Under the pieces are notes generated by a model that made no database searches, was not told the DNA's origin, and worked only from the letters and a program-made list of their open reading frames with translations. Positions 8,627 through 17,964 of a stretch of DNA of 64,000 bases are shown one piece after another (position 1 is the first letter of the stretch; the number at the start of each line of letters is the position of its first letter). Made by a program: the position numbers and the translations under genes. The stretch is from Candidatus Fervidifonticultor sextus. GTDB lineage: Bacteria; Sysuimicrobiota; Sysuimicrobiia; Sysuimicrobiales; Humicultoraceae. The stretch lies in contig JAVKHQ010000010.1 of NCBI GenBank assembly GCA_031459875.1, positions 1 through 64,000 on the forward strand, written 5' to 3'.

Positions 8627-9535
8627 CTACGGGGTCAGGGGGACGCCCGGGGCGCGGACCAGCAGCATCGGGCGGCGGCACCGCGCGACGATCCGCATCG
8701 CCACACTGCCGGCCCAGACCGCGCTCATGCCCGACCGGCCGTGCGTGGCCATGACCAGGACGTCGGCGTCGAACCGCTCGGCGGCCTCCAGCACCTCCAG
8801 GGCTGGATCGCCCCGACCGACCTGGACCTCGACACCCGCGCCTCCGGCCCGGAGGCGCGCGGCCACGCCTTCCAGGTACGTCTGGGCGGCCTCCGCCTCC
8901 AGTTCCAGCGACGCGGTCGTGGCGGACGGCAACAGCAGCGCCGCAGGCGAACGGTCGGTCGGCACGGTGGCCAGGGTGGGCACGATGAGGACCAGGATCA
9001 GGCGGCCGGCGAAGGCCCGGGCCAGGGACTCGGCCGCAGGCAGCGCCGCCTCGGACGGCGGGCTGCCGTCCAGGGGTACCACGATCCGCTCGAAGGTCGC
9101 CCCCCGCCCGACCCCGCCAGGCTTGAGCAGCAGGATCGGCGCCCCACCGCGGTTCAGCACCTGCTGGGCCACGCTCCCATAGAGCAGGTCGCGCGCGCCG
9201 CCGGTGCCGTGCGTGCACAGGACGATGAGGTCGGCCCCCAACTCCTCGGCGTGGCGCGCGATGAGGGTCGCGACGTCGGCCGCCTCGGCCGCATGGACGT
9301 GCGTGGCGGTCCGAAGACCCCCAAACGTCCGTGCCGCGACCGCGGCCAGATAGGCCTCAGCCTCGGGGACCGATCTCAGGTGGCGGTCGCCGTGGACGGC
9401 CGCAGGGGGTCGCCGCTCGACCACGTGCAACAGGGTGACCTCGGACCTGAATCGGCCGGCCAGCGCCTGAGCAGCGGGCAGCACGCTCTCTGCAAGTTGC
9501 GAGCCGTCGAGCGGGACCAGCAGGTGCCCAAACAC
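8627..9535 (-). CDS. tandem-domain universal stress protein
   Basis: two USP domains (LVPLDGS...ADLIVLCTHG..G...GSVA; IVVPLDGS...MATHGRSG...GSVA). Confidence 0.93.
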   Translation of the reverse strand: MFGHLLVPLDGSQLAESVLPAAQALAGRFRSEVTLLHVVERRPPAAVHGDRHLRSVPEAEAYLAAVAARTFGGLRTATHVHAAEAADVATLIARHAEELGADLIVLCTHGTGGARDLLYGSVAQQVLNRGGAPILLLKPGGVGRGATFERIVVPLDGSPPSEAALPAAESLARAFAGRLILVLIVPTLATVPTDRSPAALLLPSATTASLELEAEAAQTYLEGVAARLRAGGAGVEVQVGRGDPALEVLEAAERFDADVLVMATHGRSGMSAVWAGSVAMRIVARCRRPMLLVRAPGVPLTP

Positions 9536-9536
9536 C

Positions 9537-10865
9537 CTACGCCCCCACCACGACCTGGTAGAGCAGAAAGACGTTGAGGGCGATGATCAACGCCGTCACC
9601 ACCACGGCGGCCAGTGTCGTCAGCCGGTGGTTCGTCAGGTCGCCCATCAGGTCCCGTCGGCTCGTGAACAGGACCAGTGGGACCAGGGCAAACGGCAGGC
9701 CAAAGCTCAGCACCACCTGGCTGATCACCAGCGAGCGAGTCGGATCCCATCCTGCCCCGATGACCACCAGCGCCGGCAGCATGGTGACCAGGCGCCGGAT
9801 CCAGACCGGGATGCGGCGGTGGAGGAACCCCTGCATGATCACCTGGCCGGACATGGTCCCCACCGTGGAGGAGGACAGGCCCGAAGCCAGCAGCGCCACC
9901 GCGAACACGGCACCCGACAGCCCGCCCAGCAGCGGGATGAGCGTCCGGTGGGCCTCCTCGAGCGTCCCTACATGGATCAGCCCCTGGGCGAAGAAGGTCG
10001 TGCCCGCCATGATGAGCATAGCACCGTTGACCAGCCCCGCCAGGCTCATGGCGATCAGCACGTCGGCGACCTCGAACCGGTACAGCCGTCGCAGGTGCTC
10101 GGGCCGGCCCACGACGATGCGGTGCTGCGTGAGCGACGAGTGGAGAAACACCGCATGGGGCATCACCGTGGCGCCCAGGATGCCGGCGGCCAGCAGCACG
10201 CTCTCGGTGCCGTCGAACCGAGGACGGGTCAGGCTGTGGACCACCGCGAGCAGCGCCGGGGGCTCGAGCCAGAGTTCGATCAGGTAGCACGCCGCGATGA
10301 CCCCCACGAAGGCGGTGATCACCACCTCCAGGGGACGAAAGCCCCGGCGCTCGACCGCCAGGATCAGGAAGGTGACCGCGCCGGTCAGCAGCGCGGCCGG
10401 AAACAGGGGGAGCCCGAACAGCAGGTTGAACCCGACGGCGGCGCCGACGAACTCGGCCAGGTCGGTGGCCATGGCCACCACCTCCATCAGCACCCACATG
10501 CCCCAGACGACGGGACGGGGGAACTGCTCCCGGCAGAGTTCGGCCAGGTTGCGCCCGGTGGCGATGCCCAGTTTCGCCGACAGCGTCTGGACCAGCATCG
10601 CCATCAGATTGCTGGCGGCGATGACCCACAGCAGCAGGAAGCCGAACTTGGACCCGGCCTGGATGTTGGTGGCGAAGTTCCCGGGATCGATGTAGGCGAC
10701 CGACGCCACGAAGGCCGGGCCGAGGAACGGCAACAGCCGCGCCGGGCCGCGCCGTCGTGCCGTTCCGCCAAGCACCGCATGGGCGGCAGCCAGGGTCGCG
10801 GCGTCGCCGGCACGGACTCGAACCGGCCGGTCGTCGGAGGGGTCGGGCGGGTCGGGAGGGTGCAT
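9537..10865 (-). CDS. mntH: Nramp family Mn2+/divalent metal transporter MntH
   Basis: AYIDPGNFATN, GATVMPHAVFLHS, SQVVLSFGLP. Confidence 0.96.
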   Translation of the reverse strand: MHPPDPPDPSDDRPVRVRAGDAATLAAAHAVLGGTARRRGPARLLPFLGPAFVASVAYIDPGNFATNIQAGSKFGFLLLWVIAASNLMAMLVQTLSAKLGIATGRNLAELCREQFPRPVVWGMWVLMEVVAMATDLAEFVGAAVGFNLLFGLPLFPAALLTGAVTFLILAVERRGFRPLEVVITAFVGVIAACYLIELWLEPPALLAVVHSLTRPRFDGTESVLLAAGILGATVMPHAVFLHSSLTQHRIVVGRPEHLRRLYRFEVADVLIAMSLAGLVNGAMLIMAGTTFFAQGLIHVGTLEEAHRTLIPLLGGLSGAVFAVALLASGLSSSTVGTMSGQVIMQGFLHRRIPVWIRRLVTMLPALVVIGAGWDPTRSLVISQVVLSFGLPFALVPLVLFTSRRDLMGDLTNHRLTTLAAVVVTALIIALNVFLLYQVVVGA

Positions 10866-10875
10866 CGGTTTCAGA

Positions 10876-10891
10876 TTTAGTCTTGACTAAA
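10876..10891. promoter_or_regulatory. DtxR/MntR-type operator palindrome upstream of mntH
   Basis: TTTAGTC-TT-GACTAAA perfect 7-bp inverted repeat 10 bp upstream of the mntH ATG in GC-rich surroundings. Confidence 0.8.
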
Positions 10892-11065
10892 GACCCCCTC
10901 GACCAGGGTACCCCGCAGACCCGCCTCCCGTCAAGGGGCGAGGCGGTCTGTCCCCGGCGCCCCTGACCGGATTTCAACCCCTCCGCCACCCGCCTTGGAT
11001 GGCTCCCCCGGGCGCCTGCAGGCACAATGGGACCAGAGCCGATCTCCAGCCCCGGAGGTGGTAGC

Positions 11066-11965
11066 ATGCACGGCAAACTGGCCCATCGAGCCCTCCTGGC
11101 TCTGATCCCCGTCGGGCTGCTGACGACGGCGTCGCTGGCGCTCTCCGTGATGAACCAGGAACCCTCCCCCACCCCCTTCGTTCCGCCAGCCGAGCAGGCC
11201 GCCGAGGTCACCGAGCCTGCTCCGCCGCCTGCGCCGGTGGCGCGCACGGTGAAGCCGCGCGTCGCCCAGGCCGAGCGGGTCGTGCAACCCGAGCAGACGG
11301 TCACACAGGCCCCCGAAGACCCCGCGATGACCGAGATCACCAAGATCGCCGAGGAGCCCCTGCCTGAACTGGTCGTGGACAAGATCCCGCTGACCCGGGC
11401 GCTGGTCGAATTGGAGCGGGCCATGGAACAGGCCAAACTGGCGGTCACCGCGCTGGACGGCGGGTCCCAGGAGCGCTACATCCAGGAGACGATCAACCTG
11501 CTGGCGGGCTTCGGCGACGCCAGCTTCCGGCCGCTTGCCCCATCGGCCAGCGCCGAGACCTACAAGGGCGTGCGACCGCTGCTCATCGAGGCCCGGGTCG
11601 TGCGCGAGGCGGCCGAGGTCCAGTGGATCGCGGCGGTCCAGCAGCAACTGGAGGCGAGGTCGAGGAAGCTGGCCGAGATCGCCCAGGCCACCGCCGCCAA
11701 TGGGGGAACGGTCACGGCCCCGGCGCCGGCTGCTGCCCCGGTGGACCTGCACGCGGCCGTGGGGCCCAGCGGCGTGCTGGGGACGCGCGGCGTGCGGCCA
11801 GAGGAGCAGGCGACCGAGGTGGTCAGCCAGGCCCTCCGGCAGGCCGCGGATGCCCTGAAGCTGGTCAACGGCACGACCACGGACCAGGCGGCCTCAGCCA
11901 TGGAAGCCGTGGTCAGGCGGCTTGAGGTGGCCAGGAAGATCGTGCAGATCGCCATCGACCGGTAG
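11066..11965 (+). CDS. hypothetical exported/membrane-anchored protein
   Basis: GGAGGT RBS, N-terminal hydrophobic segment, Pro/Ala linker, helical body; typical codon bias. Confidence 0.8.
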   Translation: MHGKLAHRALLALIPVGLLTTASLALSVMNQEPSPTPFVPPAEQAAEVTEPAPPPAPVARTVKPRVAQAERVVQPEQTVTQAPEDPAMTEITKIAEEPLPELVVDKIPLTRALVELERAMEQAKLAVTALDGGSQERYIQETINLLAGFGDASFRPLAPSASAETYKGVRPLLIEARVVREAAEVQWIAAVQQQLEARSRKLAEIAQATAANGGTVTAPAPAAAPVDLHAAVGPSGVLGTRGVRPEEQATEVVSQALRQAADALKLVNGTTTDQAASAMEAVVRRLEVARKIVQIAIDR

Positions 11966-12083
11966 AGGCTCGGCCGCGCGGCTCTCCGGCTCCGGTCGCC
12001 TACGCGATCGGCCGCGCGGGAGACGGGAGGCGCGCAAGATGCGCGCCTCCCGGTCGTTTTGGGCACCGTACTATACTGGGGAC

Positions 12084-13553
12084 GTGGTCCGGTTCAGCCT
12101 CAGGCGGAAGTTCTTCCTGGCCTTCGTCGGGCTGGCGGTGGTCTTCGCCGCGACGTTCGGGATCCTCGCCGTCTACCGTCTCCGGGAGGCGCTGACCGAG
12201 CAGGTGCGCATCAGGGCGAAGGTGGTCGCCGAGGAACTCGCGCGCGAAGCCAGCCGCTTCCTCCCTACGCCCGAAGGGCAGACGGAAAGGCCGCAGAGCA
12301 GCCGTCTGACCCGGCGGCTGGTGGCGGGGACGGTCCTGTACGCCCAGATCATCAAGGACGGCACCGTGCGGTTTGCCGACGGCGAGAGCTGGCTGGCACC
12401 GCCGGCGGATCCGCCGACCCGGCCGCTGGTGGTCATCGAGCGCACCACCTCGTCGGGCCGGCGGTACCTGGACATCTTCCGCGCGGTCCCCGAGTACACC
12501 CTCGACCGCCAGACCTACGTGCGAATCGGCTTCCCCCTGGACGACGTCTACGCGCGCATCCGGCAGGAGTCGGTGCGGATCGGGGCGGCCAGCCTCCTGC
12601 TGCTGGCCACGGGAATCGTGGCGGCCTTCATCCTGCAGCGGGCCATCGTGGGGCCGGTGGAGCGCATGGTGGACGCGATCCGCCACCTGGCCCGGGGCGA
12701 CTACTCGGCCCGGGTCGCGGCCTACACGCACGACGAACTGCGGTTGCTGGCCGAGGAGTTGAACGCCATGGCCGGGGCCATTCAGGCGCGCGACCGGGAA
12801 CTCGCCCGGGTCAACGAGGCGCTGCGGAAGGCCAACCGGATCAAGGATGAGTTCTCGGCCGCCATGAGCCATGAACTCAAGACCCCCCTGCACGCGATCC
12901 GCGCCTATGCGCAGCTCCTGCTGGAGGGCATCGACGGTCCCCTGACCGACGCCCAGCGCCAGGACCTGGAGGCCCTGCTGGCCACCGGCGACCACCTGCT
13001 GCACCTCATCGAGGGCATCCTGCGCTACTCCGCGCTGGAGGCCGGCGAGACCGCCCCGCAGATCGACGAGGTGGATGCCGCCGTCGTCGTCGAGCAGGCC
13101 AGGAAGAACGTGGCGCATCTGGCGCGCTCCAAGGGCCTGCCCATCGAGGCGCACGTGGAGGGCCCGCTCCCGGTGCGCGCCGATGAAACCATGCTGCGGC
13201 AGATCTTAATCAACCTGCTGCACAACGCCATCAAGTACACGCCCAGCGGGCGGATCACCATCGAGTCCGCGGCGCGCGACGGGCAGGTGCTCTTCGCGGT
13301 GACCGATACCGGGGCCGGCGTCCCGCCGGGTTTCGAGCAGGAGATCTTCGAGCCCTTCCGGAGGGCGGGACAGGCCGGCCGGCGCGAGGTGGACGGCATC
13401 GGCCTGGGCCTGGCGGTGGCCAAGCGGTATGTGGAGCAGCAGGGCGGCCGCATCTGGTTCGAGCGCCGGGAGGAAGGCGGCACGACCTTCTACTTCACCC
13501 TGCCGGCGGGCGGCCGCGTCCCGGCGGACCACGCCGCGGGGGAGCGCCCATGA
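12084..13553 (+). CDS. HAMP-domain sensor histidine kinase
   Basis: two TMs, HAMP, MSHELKTPL H-box, NLLHNAIKYT, DTGAG, GIGLGLA; start set at GTG 6 nt after TATACT. Confidence 0.93.
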   Translation: MVRFSLRRKFFLAFVGLAVVFAATFGILAVYRLREALTEQVRIRAKVVAEELAREASRFLPTPEGQTERPQSSRLTRRLVAGTVLYAQIIKDGTVRFADGESWLAPPADPPTRPLVVIERTTSSGRRYLDIFRAVPEYTLDRQTYVRIGFPLDDVYARIRQESVRIGAASLLLLATGIVAAFILQRAIVGPVERMVDAIRHLARGDYSARVAAYTHDELRLLAEELNAMAGAIQARDRELARVNEALRKANRIKDEFSAAMSHELKTPLHAIRAYAQLLLEGIDGPLTDAQRQDLEALLATGDHLLHLIEGILRYSALEAGETAPQIDEVDAAVVVEQARKNVAHLARSKGLPIEAHVEGPLPVRADETMLRQILINLLHNAIKYTPSGRITIESAARDGQVLFAVTDTGAGVPPGFEQEIFEPFRRAGQAGRREVDGIGLGLAVAKRYVEQQGGRIWFERREEGGTTFYFTLPAGGRVPADHAAGERP

Positions 13554-14236
13554 AGATCCTCGTCATCGAAGACGACACCCGGTCCCGCGACCTGCTGGCC
13601 CGGTATCTCGGCGCCAAGGGGCACGAGGTGGTCTCGGCCGACGACGGCCTCAAGGGCCTCGAGGTGGCCCGGAGGACCGATCCGGATCTGGTGCTCCTCG
13701 ATGTCAACCTCCCCGGGCTCGACGGCTGGGGGGTCCTCCAGCGACTCCGGGCGCTCAGCCGGGTGCCGGTCATCATGGTCACCGTGCATGACACCACCCA
13801 GGAGAAGGTCACCGGGCTGGAACTGGGGGCCGACGACTACATCACCAAGCCGTTCGACTTCGCCGAACTCGAGGCGCGGATCGCGGCAGTGATGCGCCGC
13901 TACCAGACGGCCGCGCGATCCGTCGTCCGCACCGCGGAGGTCGTGATCGACGACGAGCGCAAAGAGGTCACCGTGCGCGGCCGACCGGTGCAGCTGTCCC
14001 CCAAGGAGTTCGAGTTGCTGCGGCTGCTGGCGTCCCGGCCGGGGAAGGTGTTCTCGACGGAGGAGATCCTGGCCGCCGTCTGGCCGGACCGCGACGCGGC
14101 GGCCGCTGAGGACGTCAAGAAGTACGTGCACATGCTGCGGGGCAAGATCGAGCGCGATCCAACCGACCCCGCCATCATCGTGACCGCGCGGGGGTTCGGG
14201 TACCGGTTCGCCCTCCCGGTGCAGGACGCCCGGTAG
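13550..14236 (+). CDS. OmpR-family response regulator
   Basis: ILVIEDD, LLDVNLPGLDG, GADDYITKPF, LSPKEFELL, TARGFGYRF. Confidence 0.96.
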   Translation: MKILVIEDDTRSRDLLARYLGAKGHEVVSADDGLKGLEVARRTDPDLVLLDVNLPGLDGWGVLQRLRALSRVPVIMVTVHDTTQEKVTGLELGADDYITKPFDFAELEARIAAVMRRYQTAARSVVRTAEVVIDDERKEVTVRGRPVQLSPKEFELLRLLASRPGKVFSTEEILAAVWPDRDAAAAEDVKKYVHMLRGKIERDPTDPAIIVTARGFGYRFALPVQDAR

Positions 14237-14262
14237 TTGGGTATACTATCGACGGCACCCGC

Positions 14263-14357
14263 GGAGGGGTGCGAGAGTGGCCGAATCGGCACGCCTGGAG
14301 AGCGTGTAGGCGGGCTAACACCCTGCCTCGTGGGTTCGAATCCCACCCCCTCCGCCA
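14263..14357 (+). tRNA. tRNA-Ser(GGA)
   Basis: acceptor GGAGGGG/CCCCTCC-G-CCA, anticodon arm CACGC-CTGGAGA-GCGTG, long variable arm, GTTCGAATC; TATACT -10 upstream. Confidence 0.95.
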
Positions 14358-14366
14358 TGGAACAGG

Positions 14367-14936
14367 ATGGTGAGGATGCGACTCCGAAGCTGGCTGGACC
14401 GACTGCCCCCCACCTGGGTGCGCGCAGGCCGCAACGTGTTGGATTTCGTCCGGACGCTCGTGATCGCCTTCCTGCTGGCGCAGCTGGTTATGGTCTCGGT
14501 CGCCCAGGCGTTCCAGGTGGAGCAGTACTCCATGGAACCGACCCTGCTGCCGCACGATCGGGTGCTGGTCAACAAGTTCATCTACCGGTTCCGCAGCCCG
14601 CAGCGCGGCGACATCATCGTGCTGCGCTACCCCCGCGACCCGGGCCGCAACTACATCAAGCGCATCGTGGGGGTGCCGGGCGACCGCGTGCAGATCCAGA
14701 ACGGTCACCTGCGCATCAACGGCGAGCCTGTGGAGGAAGTCTACACGAACGGCATGGCCACCGGGAACTACGGGCCGGAGGTCGTCCCGGCCGACTCCTT
14801 CTTCGTGCTGGGGGACAACCGGAACAACAGCGAGGACAGCCGGGCATTCGGCTTCCTCAAGCGGGATCTGGTAGTCGGGCAGGCCATGCTGATCTACTGG
14901 CCGCCGAACCGAATCGGGCTCCTGCGTTCCCACTGA
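14367..14936 (+). CDS. lepB: signal peptidase I
   Basis: SMEPTL, YIKRIVG.PGD, FVLGDNRNNSEDSR. Confidence 0.96.
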   Translation: MVRMRLRSWLDRLPPTWVRAGRNVLDFVRTLVIAFLLAQLVMVSVAQAFQVEQYSMEPTLLPHDRVLVNKFIYRFRSPQRGDIIVLRYPRDPGRNYIKRIVGVPGDRVQIQNGHLRINGEPVEEVYTNGMATGNYGPEVVPADSFFVLGDNRNNSEDSRAFGFLKRDLVVGQAMLIYWPPNRIGLLRSH

Positions 14937-14984
14937 AAGGCGGGGAGTCGAAAGGCCGACGCCGCCTCAGACCTGGCCGCCTAT

Positions 14985-15384
14985 TCCTCGAGGCCTCAGA
15001 CATCCCGAAGCCCTCCACCAGGCGGTCGCCGGTCAGCCGCGGGCCGGCCAGCATCTCCCTCAAGGGGATCACCCCCGGCTCGCGGGGGATCACTCGCCTG
15101 CCTTCTCCGCCCAGTTCCTTGATCGCCATGCGGTCGCCCGGGCGCAGGCCGCGGCGGACCGGCGAGGCGGCAAAGCGGTCGGAGAGCTCGCCGAGCTGTG
15201 AATACGTGATGCGCCGGTCGAAGTTGGGGCCGGCCTGGATAAGGGCAATGGTCTTGGGTTATCGGCTGGCGCTGTGATCGAGGAATCCGTAGACGGCATG
15301 CGTGGGGAACTCCAGTGGGCGCGGGACCCCAGGCTCGTAGAACCGGAACCAGGGCCGGTCTCCCTGGACCTCGGGGATTGCCAC
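14985..15384 (-). pseudogene. collapsed long-chain fatty acid--CoA ligase remnant
   Basis: AGGAGG-GTG start, DRPWFRFYEPGVPRPLEFP...SASR*PKTIALI...RRITYSQLGELSDRFAA...GLRPGDRMAI, then jumps to LVEGFGMSEAS; in-frame TAA and large internal deletions. Confidence 0.8.
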
Positions 15385-15528
15385 GGCGCACCTCCTGCCG
15401 GCAGGTTACGCCCGCCTTCTGCGATGCGGCAGGGAAGTCCAGCCGGTTCCTGCCGATGGGTTCCCGGACCATCACGCACGGATCAAGACGGCTCGCGGCG
15501 ATGGCGCAGGCCATGCTATGATGCCCCT

Positions 15529-15799
15529 GGCCGTGCTAGGCGGGGAGCTAGCGGTTCCCTGTAACCCGCAATCCGCTACAGCGGGGCTGAACTCCCGCCC
15601 AGAGGCGCCATTCCGTGGGGCCAGGCCCGCGTGCGCAGCGAGGAGGGCCGGGTCCTGTGCAACGGGACCTGACCAACCCCGCCAGGCCCGGAAGGGAGCA
15701 ACGGTACGTCAGACCTCCCGTGTGCCGCAGGGGCACCTGGTCGGAGCCGGCGGCGCGGAAACCGCCCGGGGGGTGTGTGTCGAAGGTGGGTGCACGGCC
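15529..15799 (+). ncRNA. ffs: signal recognition particle RNA, long (Alu-domain) bacterial form
   Basis: GCCGTGCTAGGCGGGGAGCTAGCGGTTCCCTGTAACCCGCAATCCGCT 5' domain, helix 8 CCAGGCCCGGAAGGGAGCAAC, 3' GGGTGCACGGCC pairing with the 5' end; TGCTATGAT promoter just upstream. Confidence 0.95.
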
Positions 15800-15878
15800 G
15801 ATCCCGCAGGCCCCGACGCCGTGCGCCACGAGGCGACCCGTCGGTTTGCCATATAGCCATGCTATCGGTATTCTTTTC

Positions 15879-16112
15879 CACAAGCAGACGACCCTCAACA
15901 TCGATGCGACCGTCATGGCCCAACTCAAACGCGAAGCCGCCCGTCAGGGACGCACGATGTCCGAGCTCGTCAAAACCGCTCTGCGCCTGCTGTTTCGCTT
16001 TTAGCAGAGGAAGCGGGAGGACCTCCCTCCTCTGCCCACGTACCACAGCGGCGGTGCGCTGGTCGATGTCGCGCATTGGGATGTCCTCTACCGGGCCTTG
16101 GAAGGTCGGTAG
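15879..16112 (+). pseudogene. degenerate RHH/VapB-like antitoxin
   Basis: KQTTLNIDATVMAQLKREAARQGRTMSELVKTALRLLFRF*QRKREDLPPLPTYHSGGALVDVA...; start codon lost, internal TAG at 16002-16004. Confidence 0.75.
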
Positions 16113-16337
16113 TGGTCGTTGTCGAGGTTGCCGAACCGCGATGGCGGTGCCAGTACATGCAGGATGCTCCCGCCGGGGGCCAGCGGCCGCGACACCTGCC
16201 GACGCCCAACCCCAGCGAATGGCGCGCCGTCCTTCTCGCGCGTGGGCGAGCGCTCCACCGAGGCCGGCATGTCGCCCGCGTTGGAGCGTCGTTCCACGTT
16301 ACCGCCGTGAGGTGACCACTCCCGGGATGCGCGGGGC

Positions 16338-17282
16338 CTACGTCGGCGGCGGAGCTGCGACGCGCCCGGCGCGCAGGTGGTGGGGGAGCAGCGCCGCGTA
16401 GACCGCCTCGCAGGCCGGTGTGGGCACAGCCGCCTCGCGCCCGTAGCGCACCACGGTGCCGTGCAGCGCTTCGACCTCCAGCCGCTTCCCGTGAATCAGG
16501 TCGTAGTGCAGCGACGAGGTCACGTGCGGTTCGACCCGCTGCGCGAGCGTCAGGTGGGTCTCGACGACATCGCGGCCCAGCCCCACCCCGCGCGCCCCTC
16601 CGACGGCCACGACCTCTTCCAGGATCTGCCTGAACATCTCCCAGGACGGCGGGCAGGCGCGGATCTCACCGATGGGCAGGCGGGTCAGCGCCGTCATCCC
16701 GGCCAGGGCGCAGATGAACGCGAACTTCACCCACTTCTCGCGGACCACGTCGTCGGTCGCGGTCGCCAGGATGCCGGCGTCGTTCATCAGGCGCTCCCAG
16801 TGCCGCACGCGGTCGGAGAGCCCTCCACGCCACTCCCCGAAGGTCAGCGTCCGGGGGCCCCCGGTCTGCTGGACGAGGCCGGGCTCCTTGATCGTGGACA
16901 GCATGTAGACAACCCCACCCAGCACCCGCTCGGGGCCGAAGAGGCGGGCCAGGTACTCTTCGTTGTCCACGCCGTTCTGCAGTGAGAGGACCGCCGTCTC
17001 CGGCCCCACGGCGGGGCGCAGCGCTTCTGCGGCTGCAGCCGTGTCGAAGGACTTGACCGTGAAGAGGACGAGGTCGGGCGCAGGAGCCCGGGGTGGCGCC
17101 TCGGCGGCCTCTGCCGGGGCGAAGAACTCGCCGTGGACGGTCTGCAAGCGGAGCCCACCCTGCCGGCGCAGGGCGTCCAGGTGGGCCCCCCGCGCCACGA
17201 AGGTGACGCGGTGCCCGGATCGGGCCAGCAGACCGCCGAAGTACCCGCCCAGTCCCCCGGCCCCCACAACCGTGATGTTCAC
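16338..17282 (-). CDS. panE: 2-dehydropantoate 2-reductase (ketopantoate reductase family)
   Basis: GAGGLGGYFG, VKSFD, LQNGV, WVKF, SSLHYDL..GKRLE. Confidence 0.9.
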   Translation of the reverse strand: MNITVVGAGGLGGYFGGLLARSGHRVTFVARGAHLDALRRQGGLRLQTVHGEFFAPAEAAEAPPRAPAPDLVLFTVKSFDTAAAAEALRPAVGPETAVLSLQNGVDNEEYLARLFGPERVLGGVVYMLSTIKEPGLVQQTGGPRTLTFGEWRGGLSDRVRHWERLMNDAGILATATDDVVREKWVKFAFICALAGMTALTRLPIGEIRACPPSWEMFRQILEEVVAVGGARGVGLGRDVVETHLTLAQRVEPHVTSSLHYDLIHGKRLEVEALHGTVVRYGREAAVPTPACEAVYAALLPHHLRAGRVAAPPPT

Positions 17283-17290
17283 CGAGGCCT

Positions 17291-17722
17291 CTATCGTTCC
17301 AGAGGATGCTGCCTGCGGAGCCCGGCGAACCGCGCGAAGCCTTTGTCGCTCGTGTACAGGGTGGCGCCGTGTTCAATGGCCAGGGCCGCCAGGTGCGCGT
17401 CCATCACCTCGGCTCCTCTGAGATGGTGCTCGAGGAGCAGGGCGCTGAGGATGGCCCAGTGGCGCTCGCCGGGCTCGAGCACCGACACCGTCGGGCGCGC
17501 CAGCCACTCACCGACGATGGAGCAGGCCTCGGCGATGGAGAACGGCGCCTGAAAGATCCGGGGATTCGTCACGATCCTCAGAAACGCCAGGATCGTCGCC
17601 CACGACAGGCGCACGGGTTGGGGACTCGCAAGCAGACCCTCGAACCAGCCCCGGGCCCGATCATGCTCGGGGATCCCCCGGACATAGGCGTAGAGGAGGA
17701 GGTTCGCGTCTATCAGGATCAA
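17291..17722 (-). CDS. vapC: VapC PIN-domain toxin
   Basis: ILIDANLLLYA, FLRIVTNPRIF, DAHLAALAIEHG, TSDKGF. Confidence 0.95.
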   Translation of the reverse strand: MILIDANLLLYAYVRGIPEHDRARGWFEGLLASPQPVRLSWATILAFLRIVTNPRIFQAPFSIAEACSIVGEWLARPTVSVLEPGERHWAILSALLLEHHLRGAEVMDAHLAALAIEHGATLYTSDKGFARFAGLRRQHPLER

Positions 17723-17964
17723 CGATGCCAGGGGTCCTCGACCTGCTCGATGAGCTCGCTGATGCGATCCAGGCTCACCCCGGGGCGCAGCCCCAACTCG
17801 CGGGCCCGGACCTTGAACGGCGGAAGGGGGGGCGGTGTCCGACGCGCGCTCAGGGCCGTCCGGAGGAGATCGTTCACCACCTCCTTGAATGACCGGCCAG
17901 ATCGCCGGACCTCCGCCTTAAGCCCGGCGGCAACGTCGTCATCGAGGGTCAGCGTCGTGCGCAC
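17719..17964 (-). CDS. vapB: VapB-type antitoxin (RHH-like)
   Basis: VRTTLTLDDDVAAGLK...GRSFKEVVNDLLR; 4-bp overlap with vapC. Confidence 0.9.
   Translation of the reverse strand: MRTTLTLDDDVAAGLKAEVRRSGRSFKEVVNDLLRTALSARRTPPPLPPFKVRARELGLRPGVSLDRISELIEQVEDPWHR

Noticed and set aside
8486..14357. Near-identical 3' halves of two tRNA sequences flanking a 5.7-kb block, resembling attL/attR of an integrated element
   Set aside because: Both are complete tRNA-Ser genes with different anticodons (CGA, GGA); there is no integrase, and the enclosed genes have host-like composition.
15255..16004. In-frame stops (TAA in the acyl-CoA ligase remnant, TAG in the antitoxin remnant) as recoding signals
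   Set aside because: Both genes also carry deletions or lost start codons, and no Sec/Pyl machinery is visible; simple pseudogenisation explains them.
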